From Neoechinorhynchus agilis (lineage: Eukaryota; Animalia; Acanthocephala), in assembly GCA_051530055.1 (NCBI GenBank), contig JBMGUZ010000009.1:5307-69306 (forward strand): 64,000 nucleotides of DNA, written 5' to 3'. Each line of letters starts with the position of its first letter. The stretch's first letter is position 1. The notes beneath the pieces were generated by a model that made no database searches, was not told the origin of the DNA, and saw only the letters and a list, made by a program, of their open reading frames with translations. Made by a program: the position numbers and the translations under genes. Shown one piece after another: positions 1-10,894 of this stretch.

Positions 1-697
1 AACACCCGGAACACAATGAAATCAATCACCACAAAAATAACGCTATTTGTAAAATCAGTAATTTTTGCCCGTTATAAATACTTTTACTATTTTTTAACTA
101 ATTAATAAGAAAGGAAGTGGTTAAGCTTTTAGTAATTAAAAAAATGCAATATTATAAAATTAAAGTATTGCAAAATAGCGACCAAAGGAGCCCACAATTG
201 GGAAAACGTGTCACGCGATAATACATTCCGTATATGACAAAAATTTTTCAAAAAAAATATTTGAATTTGAAATTTTAAATTAAACAAAAAAAGCCATTTC
301 CCCAAGCAACGCATGCAATCTTATCATGAAGAATTTTCGGCCGATTATTTCTTTCAATATTAATTTCAGTTTGAAGTTATGAACATACTTTTCGAATGCG
401 TTGTTCCCCTTTGGGTCAATACATTCATTGGCTTCTTTATTATTGCAAAATGGTATTTGTAAATGTCCAGTAAATTGTAGCTATTTAAACCGAGGAAAAT
501 TGTCGTCAAAAAGACAATATGACTGCACATTGGTTAACTTTCACGCTTCAAATCATTAAGGCTATCTTGATAATAAAAAATTCAATTCATTGTGTATCAA
601 TATAGAAAGTACAGTTTGAACTATGCTTTCGAATAAAAAAAGATGGGTTTAGAGAATCGAATCTTTGTTAATTAAGTATCTATTCACTGATCTCGAA

Positions 698-1696
698 ATG
701 ACCATGAGTAAAAAGGAAGACGAGAAAATTCAACGGAGTAATCCATTGGATTCTGATACTTACAAAGATTTAATCACTATGTCTATCGCAAGCAGCCTGC
801 ACGGTTATCTCACTCAACATGGCATCTATATTTGGATCATCCAAAACTTTGAATACTTCAGACAGCGACAACGGTTTTCTCTTTGCGAACAATCGAAAAG
901 TGCCACCCGCCACAGTCCCTCCATTAATGAAAAGTTTTATCGGTTTCCACCTACCAATCGTAAAAGACCATCGCTTTGGGCTATAAATCCAAATTACAAA
1001 AAAGGAATACCGAATAGAAAACGAAGAATTGATTCATTCACAGGAGATCAAGGGGTCGTGGAGGCACGCCGTCCGAAAAATACACCCCATCATTCGCAGC
1101 AATGCGATGCCACTTTCGACCTTCAAAATAATCCATTCATAAACAATCCGACGAACACTAATGGATTCATTTTTAATAGTCCACTAAATGTACCGCCTGC
1201 GGATATAAATGCCGGCATCGGTCAAAATTCTTTTGCCTATTTCGACAAACAAAACCCGGAATTCGGATTCCAACCGCTTTTAAATGCGTACAATTCGACC
1301 GCAGTAGCTACAAATCCCCAAGTTTCCACGAATGTGGCAACAAATCCGACTTATGGATATCAAGGTCAACAGTTGGTCCAACAACAGTTTTTCAACAATG
1401 GACAAGTTCAAAATGCTCAACATTACTCTAATGGCTATCATGGAGGCCAAAGCACTTACCAAAATACTCCACAAACCATGCAATTCTATCAACCAAATAA
1501 CGATTTTAATTTCAATCAGCAACAACCTACACAAAACGTACAGATTTCCTCTCAAGACCAATGTGCTCCTCAGAATTATTTAAATGCAAGCGAAGTGATT
1601 AAACGTCAATTTCCAGTCCAAAACGAAGCAAGAGATCAAGCCTTTGAACCTAATAGTAGACCCTCGAACGATCCTCCTTTTACTGAACCAAATTGA
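698..1696 (+). CDS. Divergent forkhead (winged-helix) transcription factor with Q/N-rich C-terminal region, intronless
   Basis: TYKDLITMSIASS...GIYIWIIQNFEYFR...TRHSPSINEKFYRF...SLWAINP aligns by eye with the forkhead pattern (helix 1, IYxWI, RHNLSL, W-x-I-N-P). First ATG at 698 (the ORF track starts at an upstream TTG). The C-terminal half is Q/N-rich. Confidence 0.8.
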   Translation: MTMSKKEDEKIQRSNPLDSDTYKDLITMSIASSLHGYLTQHGIYIWIIQNFEYFRQRQRFSLCEQSKSATRHSPSINEKFYRFPPTNRKRPSLWAINPNYKKGIPNRKRRIDSFTGDQGVVEARRPKNTPHHSQQCDATFDLQNNPFINNPTNTNGFIFNSPLNVPPADINAGIGQNSFAYFDKQNPEFGFQPLLNAYNSTAVATNPQVSTNVATNPTYGYQGQQLVQQQFFNNGQVQNAQHYSNGYHGGQSTYQNTPQTMQFYQPNNDFNFNQQQPTQNVQISSQDQCAPQNYLNASEVIKRQFPVQNEARDQAFEPNSRPSNDPPFTEPN

Positions 1697-2399
1697 AATC
1701 AACGTTTAGAGCAACATTTAGTAGAAGATTGCATATTCCAAGTGCAATCTTGAGTTGTGCCTCAAATAGTGTTGCGCATCTCTTAGATAAATTAGATTTA
1801 GCGTAAATTTAGTGATTATTGGCGGTTGGGGGATATTATAGCTGAGTTAAATATATGACTGGATTTCACACGGTGATCAATGAGCTCATTTGAATGCTAC
1901 TAACTTTTTCGTACTAGTTTTTGTGATCGTCTATTCCGGTCCTACCAAAAGGATGGTTGCAAAATTTAGACCAAAATGGCGTCCTAAATCTTGGTATAAT
2001 TTTTCTTTATTAAAGGATCTAAATTGCACGTTGTGATGCTCCTCTTCGGAGCAGGTTTATAGCAAAGTTCAACGCATTCAACAAGGATATAATTTAAAAA
2101 GAACTAAAAAGTTTAGGTGATCCGTTTTAACGTTAAGAACAATAATTTTGTCGCCTATAATTTTCACCGTTTCATCAATTCCAATCATTCTTCTTACATA
2201 TGAAAATAAAATGAGCGTTATTTATTTTGAGGGTTAATAAATTCTATAGAATTGAATAAGGAATTAGCTCTTAATCCTTTTCCCGTTAAGCATTTTGCTT
2301 CCTGTGATCAGCAGCAAAAAATGTTCTCAGTGATTCTCGCAACCGATTTTGCACATGATTTATCATCGAATAAAATATCCGAAGAGCTTTCTGAAACGC

Positions 2400-2625
2400 A
2401 TGTTCCTCCGCTGAAATATTTCCCAGATGAAGAAGCCATCCAACTTAATCAATTAGACAACCATTCTGGCACAATTAAAACGGATTCTCTTCATTCGGAA
2501 AGGTCTATGGATACGCCACGATCAGACATAGGCGATCCACTTCTATATGATCGAATGTTGCTTTGGGGAAAGTGTTCAGCCTTTCATTAGCTCAGAATTA
2601 ACCAAAATTAATTATTATTTACTTG
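2400..2625 (+). repeat. Dispersed ~225-bp repeat, also at 15160-15385
   Basis: tgaaatatt(t)cccagatgaagaagccatcc...aattattatttactt occurs at both sites with scattered substitutions. Both copies are followed by the same L2 fragment. Confidence 0.85.
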
Positions 2626-2699
2626 TAAGGAAAAATTAAATAAATCGATATATTCGCTAAAAAATGCCAGGTCAGCTCAGTGGTGATTTTAAGAGCCAT

Positions 2700-3062
2700 C
2701 ATTTCCCTAAAATATGTTTTCTTATGCTCCAAATAAAGGTTCCCCCGCCTTCAATTCTCTCTTACTCATCACATTCGCAACTCGCGCAAGACCTTTCTTG
2801 CACATAAACTCTCCTAATATTCCACTCAACTCTGGTGGGAAAACACGAAAATCTTTCTCCAACCTCTCAAACTCGGACCTCTTTGCTACACTAAACTCTA
2901 TCAATGCGCAACTTTGTGGTTCCCTTAATTTTCTATTCCCAATTGGGCTCTTCGCTTCATTATCCCAGATTTAATTGATCCTCTTACAGCACACCTTCTG
3001 CAAATCTTCAATCAAAAGATTTCATCCATTCGACGCCCTAATTTGCATCTACGATTCTCTTT
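2700..3062 (+). mobile_element. L2/CR1-like LINE internal fragment (EN-RT linker/RT start)
   Basis: Homologous to the element at 18000-18460 (-) and 62410-62910 (+), e.g. ccgccttcaattctct...ctttgcatctacgattctctt. Confidence 0.75.
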
Positions 3063-3246
3063 TTTATAAATTCGGATTCGAGGTTTCAGAAATTTAGATA
3101 GAATACTTGACGCACAAGTCAAAATTTCTGCTGTTCGCTTTCGAGATAGTGAAAATGTAAATTGGGATAAATCTTTGTTTAAATAAGTTTTAATCTTTTA
3201 CATAAAAACGTTCAAATCGCATAAGATCCCTTTTTTAGATCCACGA

Positions 3247-3591
3247 ATGTCATCGCTGGTCCAATACATTGTTCTAAGGAAAGATTTAAAATGGCCTGCA
3301 GGCGCCCTCATTGCTCAAGCTTGCCACGCTGCTACCGCTGTAATCTTTGAGAACTACGACGATCACTTAACTCTCTCTTATTTGAAAGATATTGATAATA
3401 TGCACAAAATTGTGCTCGAGTGCGACGGCGAAAAGGAGTTGAATAACATTCAACTGTCATTGGCCGAAAGGAACATAAAGTATAAACTCTGGATTGAAAA
3501 ACCTGAAAATCTTGGAACCTGTATAGCACTGAAGCCATATCCTAAAAAAGACGTTAACGATTTGTTTAAGAGCCTTAAACTTTTCAAGTAA
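3247..3591 (+). CDS. PTRHD1: Peptidyl-tRNA hydrolase domain protein PTRHD1 (copy 1)
   Basis: 114 aa, PTH2-fold motifs LVQYIVLRKDL.WP.GALIAQACHA, MHKIVLE, KLWIEKPEN..TCIALKPYPK. Confidence 0.92.
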   Translation: MSSLVQYIVLRKDLKWPAGALIAQACHAATAVIFENYDDHLTLSYLKDIDNMHKIVLECDGEKELNNIQLSLAERNIKYKLWIEKPENLGTCIALKPYPKKDVNDLFKSLKLFK

Positions 3592-4273
3592 GCGTAAATA
3601 TTATATTTTTGCGAGAACGGGCAGAGCTGTATTTGAATTTAAGCGCAGCAGGAAAATAGAAAGTTCATAAAAAATCTCGAATCGTGCAATACTCGATTAT
3701 CTAAGGATTAATCCCAAATACTTTGCTTCTACCAAGATCGTATTAAATTGATTTTGCTCCTTTTCTGCTCTGAGAAGTAAAATAGTTGCCTGATATCTTC
3801 GAATAATTGGCAGACCTTTAATGGTTGAGTTTTGGGTGATTTTACAAAGATTCCCTCTCGTCTTTTAATTTTTTTTAAGTAAAACCTTTTTTCCAAGTTT
3901 TACAATGAGGTCAATCTCTTCTGTCATCTATTTTTAATGGTTTGTGCTAGGTAATCCAACAGTAACTTTCCTAAGACTGATAGACGACTGAGTATTTTTC
4001 TTAGCCTATTGTCTTTTTTATAATTAACATTAGCTGAGAAGTGCATCTTGTTTATTAGTTCACCTTTAAAAACATTAACTGAAACTTTCTAGAAAAGCTT
4101 AAGAAGTCTTTAACATTTTTTGCGAAGACTATCGGTCCAATTGGAAGACAGCGATCGCTTAACCTTGTGATGGATTTTCATTTGCGCTACACGAGAACGT
4201 CTCACAGTTGCATCTCTGACCCTCGCACAAAATAAACTCTATTTTTTGTTTCATGCCACTTGATGATATTCCT

Positions 4274-4833
4274 TTATTGAGCCGAAAGCTCAGTGTCATA
4301 CTCATAGCAGAAAAGTGGATGTTCATGAGGACCCACGCTACTTAGCTCATATTTCAGCGTATGTTTTCCCTAAAAGGTTTTTCATGAGTTTCCTGTTCTA
4401 AATATACAAATAAACTTACGACAGGCATGAAAGGCATTATAAGAACGTTATGAACGGAGGTACAATCAGTTTCTTTGCAGTCCACTTTATAATTTTCAGC
4501 TGATGCGGTCCTGGAAATAAGTTCTCCGTTAATAGTCGTGGTCACTTTAAGCTCATAGTTATGATCATGATCTCCATCTGATTTGAATTGTGTGGTAATA
4601 ATGATTTTATCGCCATGGACGAGATGGCAAACGCCATCTTTAAGGCAATGGCACGTTTGCAGTTTTACGGATTTCGGACCAAGACCTTAAAAAGGTCGTT
4701 TAGATGTCAACATTTTTATAGATTATCTCGTACCTGCACATGGGCGGATGTGTTCAGTTGTAAGATCTTTTGAGTGGACAGCAGCGGCGTTGCTGAGAGC
4801 CAACACAGAAACGAGCAGGAGAAGGAATTCCAT
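4274..4833 (-). CDS. Secreted ML-domain (NPC2/MD-2-like lipid-binding) protein, 3 exons, 153 aa (copy 1)
   Basis: Exons 4833-4734, 4685-4420, 4369-4274 with GT-AG introns of 48 and 50 nt give an open frame: signal peptide MEFLLLLVSVLALSNAAA, then PC..V.L..C.C....C.L.HG..I...F...PFMPVGKHTLKYEL......LFCYEYD. Size and Cys spacing fit the ML fold. Confidence 0.8.
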
Positions 4834-7149
4834 GACTACTTAGAAGAAATGTTGCGGACGATTTCAGGTGAGATATTAAGTTCTATTTATATTGGTGCAA
4901 CTGACGAAGAAATCATGTCAGTCTTATCGTTCCAGTCAAGATAAACGTGTCAGTTCTTGAAATTGTGGCATGCGTTTAGTACGTGTTCCACTGGCACAAA
5001 TAGACCGAGTAAAAATAAATCGTTATATAGATAATCTTAAAGATTATGCCCATCATTGCGCCTTATATGATTGATTCGTTAACTATGAAATAGTGGGCAA
5101 GTTTAGTTGCATTTTACTTTCGAGAAAAATGCTTTTTCCATTTCTAAAAGCGTATTTCTATCACTAAAAAATTGATCCTTTAAGTAACCGATTCTCTTAG
5201 TTATCACTCGATTTAATAATATGAACAATAGGTCGATTTTTTTGCGATCCAGTAGATTTCCTGGGGCGGAGTGTGATTTATTCAATGTATTCATGAATAA
5301 TTTTTCACAATTCAGTGTAATACGAATACAAGCGACTGGAGGCTGTTTTATTCGGCGGCCTAAATTAAAAAGGACATCTTAAGAACAATGCACTCGCTCG
5401 ATCGTGATCACTTTGCCCAAGTTCACTTTTTTTACACTTATTAGCAACAGGAATAGACTTGGAGATTTTGAGACCAATTCGACGACATTCAGTCTCACTT
5501 CCTCGACCTGGATCAACTTACTACAGAGCTTATTGTTGAACAGTAACTCACGGTGATTGTGAATTAATTGTTGATTTTCTGTATTTGACCTATTAAATAA
5601 GTAAATAAAATCATTAAAAAAGCGTAATTCCACAGATGTCGAAACGTTTTTAGTATTGTTTATGGACCATTGATTGATTTTCGTAGAAAATTAATGGGTC
5701 AAAAATCAAAACGATTGTGAGTATTATACTTGTTTAAAACTTAATTGTAAAATCATCATTTCTATCGTTTATTTATGCAATATATTGAAGCTCAGGAAGT
5801 CAAAAATGATACAAATCTGATTGGATGCCGAGACAGGGAGCAAAACAAGTTGGTAGCAAATAAATTGAATATGTACAAAATAAAGTCAAGTTCTCAATTG
5901 AAATTTATCGTCTTGAGAACAGAATTTCCTAAATTGCAAAATACAACTAATATTTGTCTATGTTTAAAAACCGTAGATTATGTTAATTAAGAAATCGATA
6001 TAGTAAACATTCTGTGCTTTTAGGCCAATTTAATTCTTTGAACCGTAAATTGCGTTATTCCCAAAGCTAAATTTATATCGACGCTCAATTGTTTGCACGT
6101 ATTTTTAATCGTGTTAAATTTAAAAGCGCACAAAATCTTGTGCTCTCGCATCTTAGTCTCAAAAAGCTTATTAAATTGCTAGAATATGCAATTTCCAACT
6201 GTCCTTGTTGAAACACCAATCTTCCATAACCTCTTCACCGTTTCGGCTATCGATCCGTCCCAAACTCATCGTTCTATCAACAAAGCCATGCCAAGGAAAC
6301 AAAATTCTACTGTTCACAGCGCCTAAAAAATGCAAAAGGTAGGTTTAAGATCTTTAAGGAAGCTTTAGACACGATCGTCTATGAAACTTCGAGACTTGAT
6401 ACTCTTATTTTTTCGATGAACGATCATAGTAAACTAGAATTTTGGCGAACATACCCTTCGGGCATGACATATTTTATTTATTTTAAATATTTCCCAAAGT
6501 AACCACGCCTCATTAGTCATTGTTAATTATCGGGAACTGTTTATTAACCAAATCTCATAGTAGTGCCAAAGTTTGATAAGGAGTATATAAAAAAATACTC
6601 AACTCGCAAAATGCCAACACTCTGGAACTAGATTTCTAGCAAAATGCATCGCAAATTTTGGCTAGATATTTACGCTAATCGGATTTTGAATGGTTATGGG
6701 ATTGAAATTTTTTACCTCTCTTCCCTTTAAAACACAGACTTATGTACTTTTTAAATCGAGAAAAAAAAATTCGTTTCCTTTGGTTTTTAGAAGTTTTTTA
6801 AATCATTGCTTCCGTGATATTTAGGTTTTTATTTTGCAGAAGAAATTGGCAGTAAGTTGTCAATAGGTTTAGATAGTTTAATTTATTCATTTATCAGCGC
6901 CTAAGAAAACGTATGACAATCCGGTTTAATTTGAAACAATTATTGTACGTTTATTCTAAAAATAGGAAGTCGACCTTCATTATTTTCCGGATTCATATTT
7001 TGCATGTTCATTTGGTACGGAGCGAGACAAACATCGGGCACTAATTATCAAAACACGTTTCCATGTAAGCTTCAAAGTTGCTTGGACGCTTGCACATTGA
7101 TTTTTAGCAATGCTTGCAGCGGTTTCTTTACTTTTGGTAATTCGACTTA

Positions 7150-8820
7150 ATGTTTCCTTCGAGCAGTTCAGTTTATTTTCTCTACATACGGCGAGTTTTT
7201 CCCTCCTCGAGATTTACATGCAAATTTTCGAGGCCTCAACCTTCTTATCAAGCATCTAAAATCACATGTGGAAGTTGAGTTCATTTGATCCCTGGAAGCG
7301 GGACCATCAATTTCTGAGGTGACTCTTCACCCTGCTGCTCCACGGAGGTTATTTGTCGGAAGGACAAGAGCGGAGTTGCTCTTGTTCTTTTTCATTGTCC
7401 TCTCCGCGTTGATGAGAAGTTTCCTTGATCAGAGCCTTCTTTGGAGCCCGTCACCATTTTCACCTTCGTTCCTCCGAAGTCGATTGTGTGGTCGTTTTGC
7501 ACGGCGAGGTTGAGAATGGCCGATGACACGTCACTCCGTTTGAGTGCGTATTCATGCTTTCTTTTCCAAATACCCTGCTTCGTTTGTCCAATATAAAGAC
7601 ATTGCCACAGTTTTGCAGGCTGCAGAGTAGACCACGTAATCATTGTCCTTGAGTTGCTCCGACTTGAAAACGCTGTTCAAATTCACTCCGGCCGAGGATT
7701 CACCGAGCTCGATTTCTCATTTTTGAAGAAATGTAATGAACTCGGATGAATCTCGTTTTCTTCTCGCTCGACTTGTCTTTTTTTGTCCTTCTGCATCTGT
7801 CAGTGCCTTCTTAATGACGTAGGTTGAGTACTAAAAGTTTCTTAGTTTCCGATCGATGATGCCTATGCTCTTTTTTGTCACATATTTGTTGCTCCCTATT
7901 TCTAGTGCTCTCGAGAATAGATTGCAAGCAGCGTTAAACTTATATCTGTTGGGACCATGACTTTTCCAGTGAGTTGGGGACTCCACTCTATACCAGGTTC
8001 GTGGAATAACGAGGTGGTAATCGACGCTCCGTTTCGTTGTAAGCAGACGTCCAAGAAGCTGATCCGACCATTTTTGTCTTTTGGGGGTGATTGTCCACAT
8101 TATCGACGGGTTTATCGCGTTCAGCTGTTTCTCCAGCTTCATTTTGATAGGGCTCTCGTTTGTAATCACGAACACGTCGTCGAAATACCTGAACCAAACC
8201 TTGATTTGTGGGAACTTCACCAACTTTTTCGTATTCGATCATGAAAACGTTGGCGAGCACTGGACCTAGCGATGAACCCATCGTTACTCCATTCGTCTGA
8301 TCGTACAACTTGTCCTCAAATACGAAAGTAGACTTGGTCGTGCAATATTCCACCAGTGTAGTCCACTCGTGTACTTCCAGCTTTGGATCTAAGCCTCGAT
8401 CCGCCAGTATGTTCGCGGCTAACCTCTTAGCCTCATTTACCGGTACATTAGTGAACAATGCGATACCGTCTGCTGTCCAAAGGAACTGATTGCTAGTATC
8501 GTATCCTCTTATCATTTTTGCAAATAACGGACCGTCCTTGACGTAAGAGGCTGGAATCTCGACATGACCCTGAATTAGATTGTTGATTTCCTTTGCCAAA
8601 CTATGACCGTATGATGAGTACGATGCAATAGCCGGTCGGACCTTCAAGAACGGTTTATGTAACTTTGGGAGCAAGTACAAAAAACCTGGCTTCGCGTTGG
8701 CTGCCCTCGTCTTTGCATACCAGTTCTGTGTGATCTTGCCAGCCGCTTTTAATCCGCTCAGGTACTAGTTGAACTCGCGTTCTCTATCTACAGGTACACT
8801 CGACAATGGAAACCTATTCC
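7150..8820 (-). mobile_element. Penelope-like retroelement (RT + GIY-YIG endonuclease), 5'-truncated and frameshifted
   Basis: LYLLPKLHKP..VRP, ALFTNVP, QTNGVTMGSSLGPVLAN, RYFDDVF, then LYIGQTK...KRKHEY...HTIDF, spread over several frames. Confidence 0.9.
7218..7255 (-). ncRNA. Degenerate minimal type I hammerhead motif in the Penelope 3' pLTR
   Basis: Minus strand atgc-TTGATAA-gaagg..cctc-GAAA-att-t-gcat: stem I atgc/gcat, palindromic AATT stem III, two core substitutions relative to CTGATGA. Confidence 0.45.
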
Positions 8821-8892
8821 TGCAATTCCGGTAATCATTTTAAGGTAAATTAATGAAAATTTGGAGCTACTATCACATTTTAATTTTTTGCT

Positions 8893-9862
8893 TTGCCGGC
8901 CTTTCTTGGATCGTTTGAGGGGAGCCTACCAGTCTCGAAGAACATTTTGAAAGAAAAGTTTTGTCTTGACCGGGATTTCGTGGTGGCGGTTGAGGAATGG
9001 TGCCAGCAGACAGGCGCTAACCAAGTTCCCGTGAATGGCCTCAGACAGTCGATCTGGGACGGACCTCTTGTCGCGAGAGCTCACAGCTCTCTTCTTTCAG
9101 GTTCTCGCGATGGGGTCGTCAGAGCTAGATTGTTGGCAATTTCGACACGAGAATCTGGGGCGTGGTTGGAGGCTGTTCCTCTGGCATCTGTGGGAACTCT
9201 TCTTACTGACGAGGTGACGAGGATCGCAGTATCCTTAAGACTCGGTCTCCCGATATGCACGCCCCATCGCTGTCGATGTGGGTCTTTGGTTGATGCTTTC
9301 GGGCGACACGGTCTCGTCTGCAGAAGGTCAGCAGGAAGGTTCTCACGCCATTCTGAAATCAATAACGCAATTTCTCGGGCGTTGAGAACGGCGAACTTCC
9401 CGAACATCCTGGAACCCGCCCACCTCTGCAGACTAGACGGCATAGGCCCGATGGAATTTCGGTCTTCCCGTGGCGGGAGGGCAAATGCCTTCTCTGGGAC
9501 GCCACGTGTGTGGACACCCTCGCAGCCAGCAACATCCCCTACTCCCTCGAAATCGCCGGTGGTGCCGCCAGTGCAGCGGAAGGGAGGAAGGTACGAAAAT
9601 ATATGCAGCTATCGAGGGCTCACTATTTTGTCCCCTTTGGGGTAGAGACGTATGGAGCGCTCGGCAGCTCGGCACTCTCTCTGCTCAAGGATCTCTCGAA
9701 GAAATTGAGAGAGGCAACCGGAGACTCAAGAGCAGGCTTATTTCTTCGACAAAATATCTCGCTGGCAGTACAACGGGGCAATGCTGCCAGCGTGATGGCG
9801 ACGGTCGAGGAAGGACAAAAGCTGGAATTTGGTGGGAGGTGGTGGATGTAAAGAAAAGTTGA
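8893..9862 (+). mobile_element. CRE-clade non-LTR retrotransposon 3' half (CCHC knuckle + restriction-like endonuclease)
   Basis: RLLAIS...GAWLEAVP, LRLGLP...HRCRCG..VD..GRHGLVC, RHSEIN, (frameshift near 9445) PDG....W.EGKCLLWDATCVDT, FVPFGVETYG, ISLAVQRGNAASV. Confidence 0.88.
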
Positions 9863-9924
9863 TAAAAGACACCTGAAATAAAAGATTTCAAATCATTAGA
9901 TTAATGCGAATCGATCGTCAGAGC

Positions 9925-10894
9925 TCAAAATAAATCTTTATTTCTTTGAATCATGGTCCATAGTCGCTCACGGCAATCACCATCATACGGAAAGAGAGCA
10001 CAATGCAGCATTCTAATTATGGAAGGTTCATTCCCAAAAGAATAATTATGAAATCCAAAGGTAATGATATCATTTATCGCGCTGAACGGGAACGTTCTCA
10101 ATATCAGAGACAAGTTGTCCTTGTACAAAAGATGCGAGTGAAAATTCACTGCCTCAGTTCTGTGTAGTTCTAAATCATACTTAATGAGCTTGCCGACATA
10201 AATATCATCGGGCAAATGCCATTTGTTGCAAGAATTTTTTTCTTCTCATTGAAAAAAATTATCTGCATTTGATGCATCCATCAATGAAAGTCTTTTCAGG
10301 CGTCACCAAAGGAAGCATTTTCTTTAGTAAACCATGAGAATAACACACTCCTGCTCCGTATGTGTTAAAACTAAGATTTAATCGTTTTGGTCTTTTTATT
10401 TGTACGTAATCGACCGACGCTCGACCAATGTAAAAGTCTTTCCTAAAATCGAATTGTGATAAATATTCAACCAAATTGTTTAGATTGACATATTGATCGT
10501 CGTCAAATCTACAGTACCATTTCTTTTTAGAAAACTTCATTAAATTAAACTCTTTTGCCGTCTGGCAACACAGATTCTTTAGATTCCGCCCAATTGAACA
10601 TCGTGAGGAGTGCCATTTAATTCGTTTTTGAGGATAGTCTCGAATAACAACAGCGTCGGTGACCACATGAACCGATTCAGCAAACAAAAACCACGTTTCA
10701 ATCATCGGCAAAAGCCTGCGACGATAATTCGATTCAGTAGTTCGAACGATTAAAAGAACGTCGGAAATCTTACAGCATCCTGACTGACTTCTCTTATCCA
10801 TTTTAGGATAAACGTTAGAATTCAGAAATAGATACCAAATTATTAATGTAACCAATAGGAGTACTGAACATTTCTGCAGTATTTTTGATTTCAT
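9925..10894 (-). CDS. fng: Fringe-like beta-1,3-N-acetylglucosaminyltransferase (two ORF segments joined across an unresolved 46-nt junction)
   Basis: Type II TM anchor, VRTT...RL..MIETW, C...LCC, KKWYCRFDDDQYVN, YIGRAS, GAGVCYS, LPDD, FHSHL, LHC.LFPY..DC. Confidence 0.85.

Larger units (their letters stand above)
2915..5166 (+). repeat. Segmental duplication (direct copy of ~23996-26247) containing PTRHD1 and the NPC2-like gene
   Basis: Constant offset of 21081 bp with identical ORFs. Only a few differences seen (near 3845, 4696, 4991-4992). Homology ends after ...gtatttctatcacta at 5166. Confidence 0.95.

Noticed and set aside
3600-4260. Possible gene between PTRHD1 and the NPC2-like gene
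   Set aside because: Only a stop-ridden minus-strand remnant (AKYLGLIL, RT-thumb-like) with no consistent exon structure.
6180-6300. Helix-turn-helix-like peptide (IAETVKRLWKIGVSTRTV) suggesting a Tc1/mariner remnant
   Set aside because: Too short; no DDE motif or terminal repeats found.
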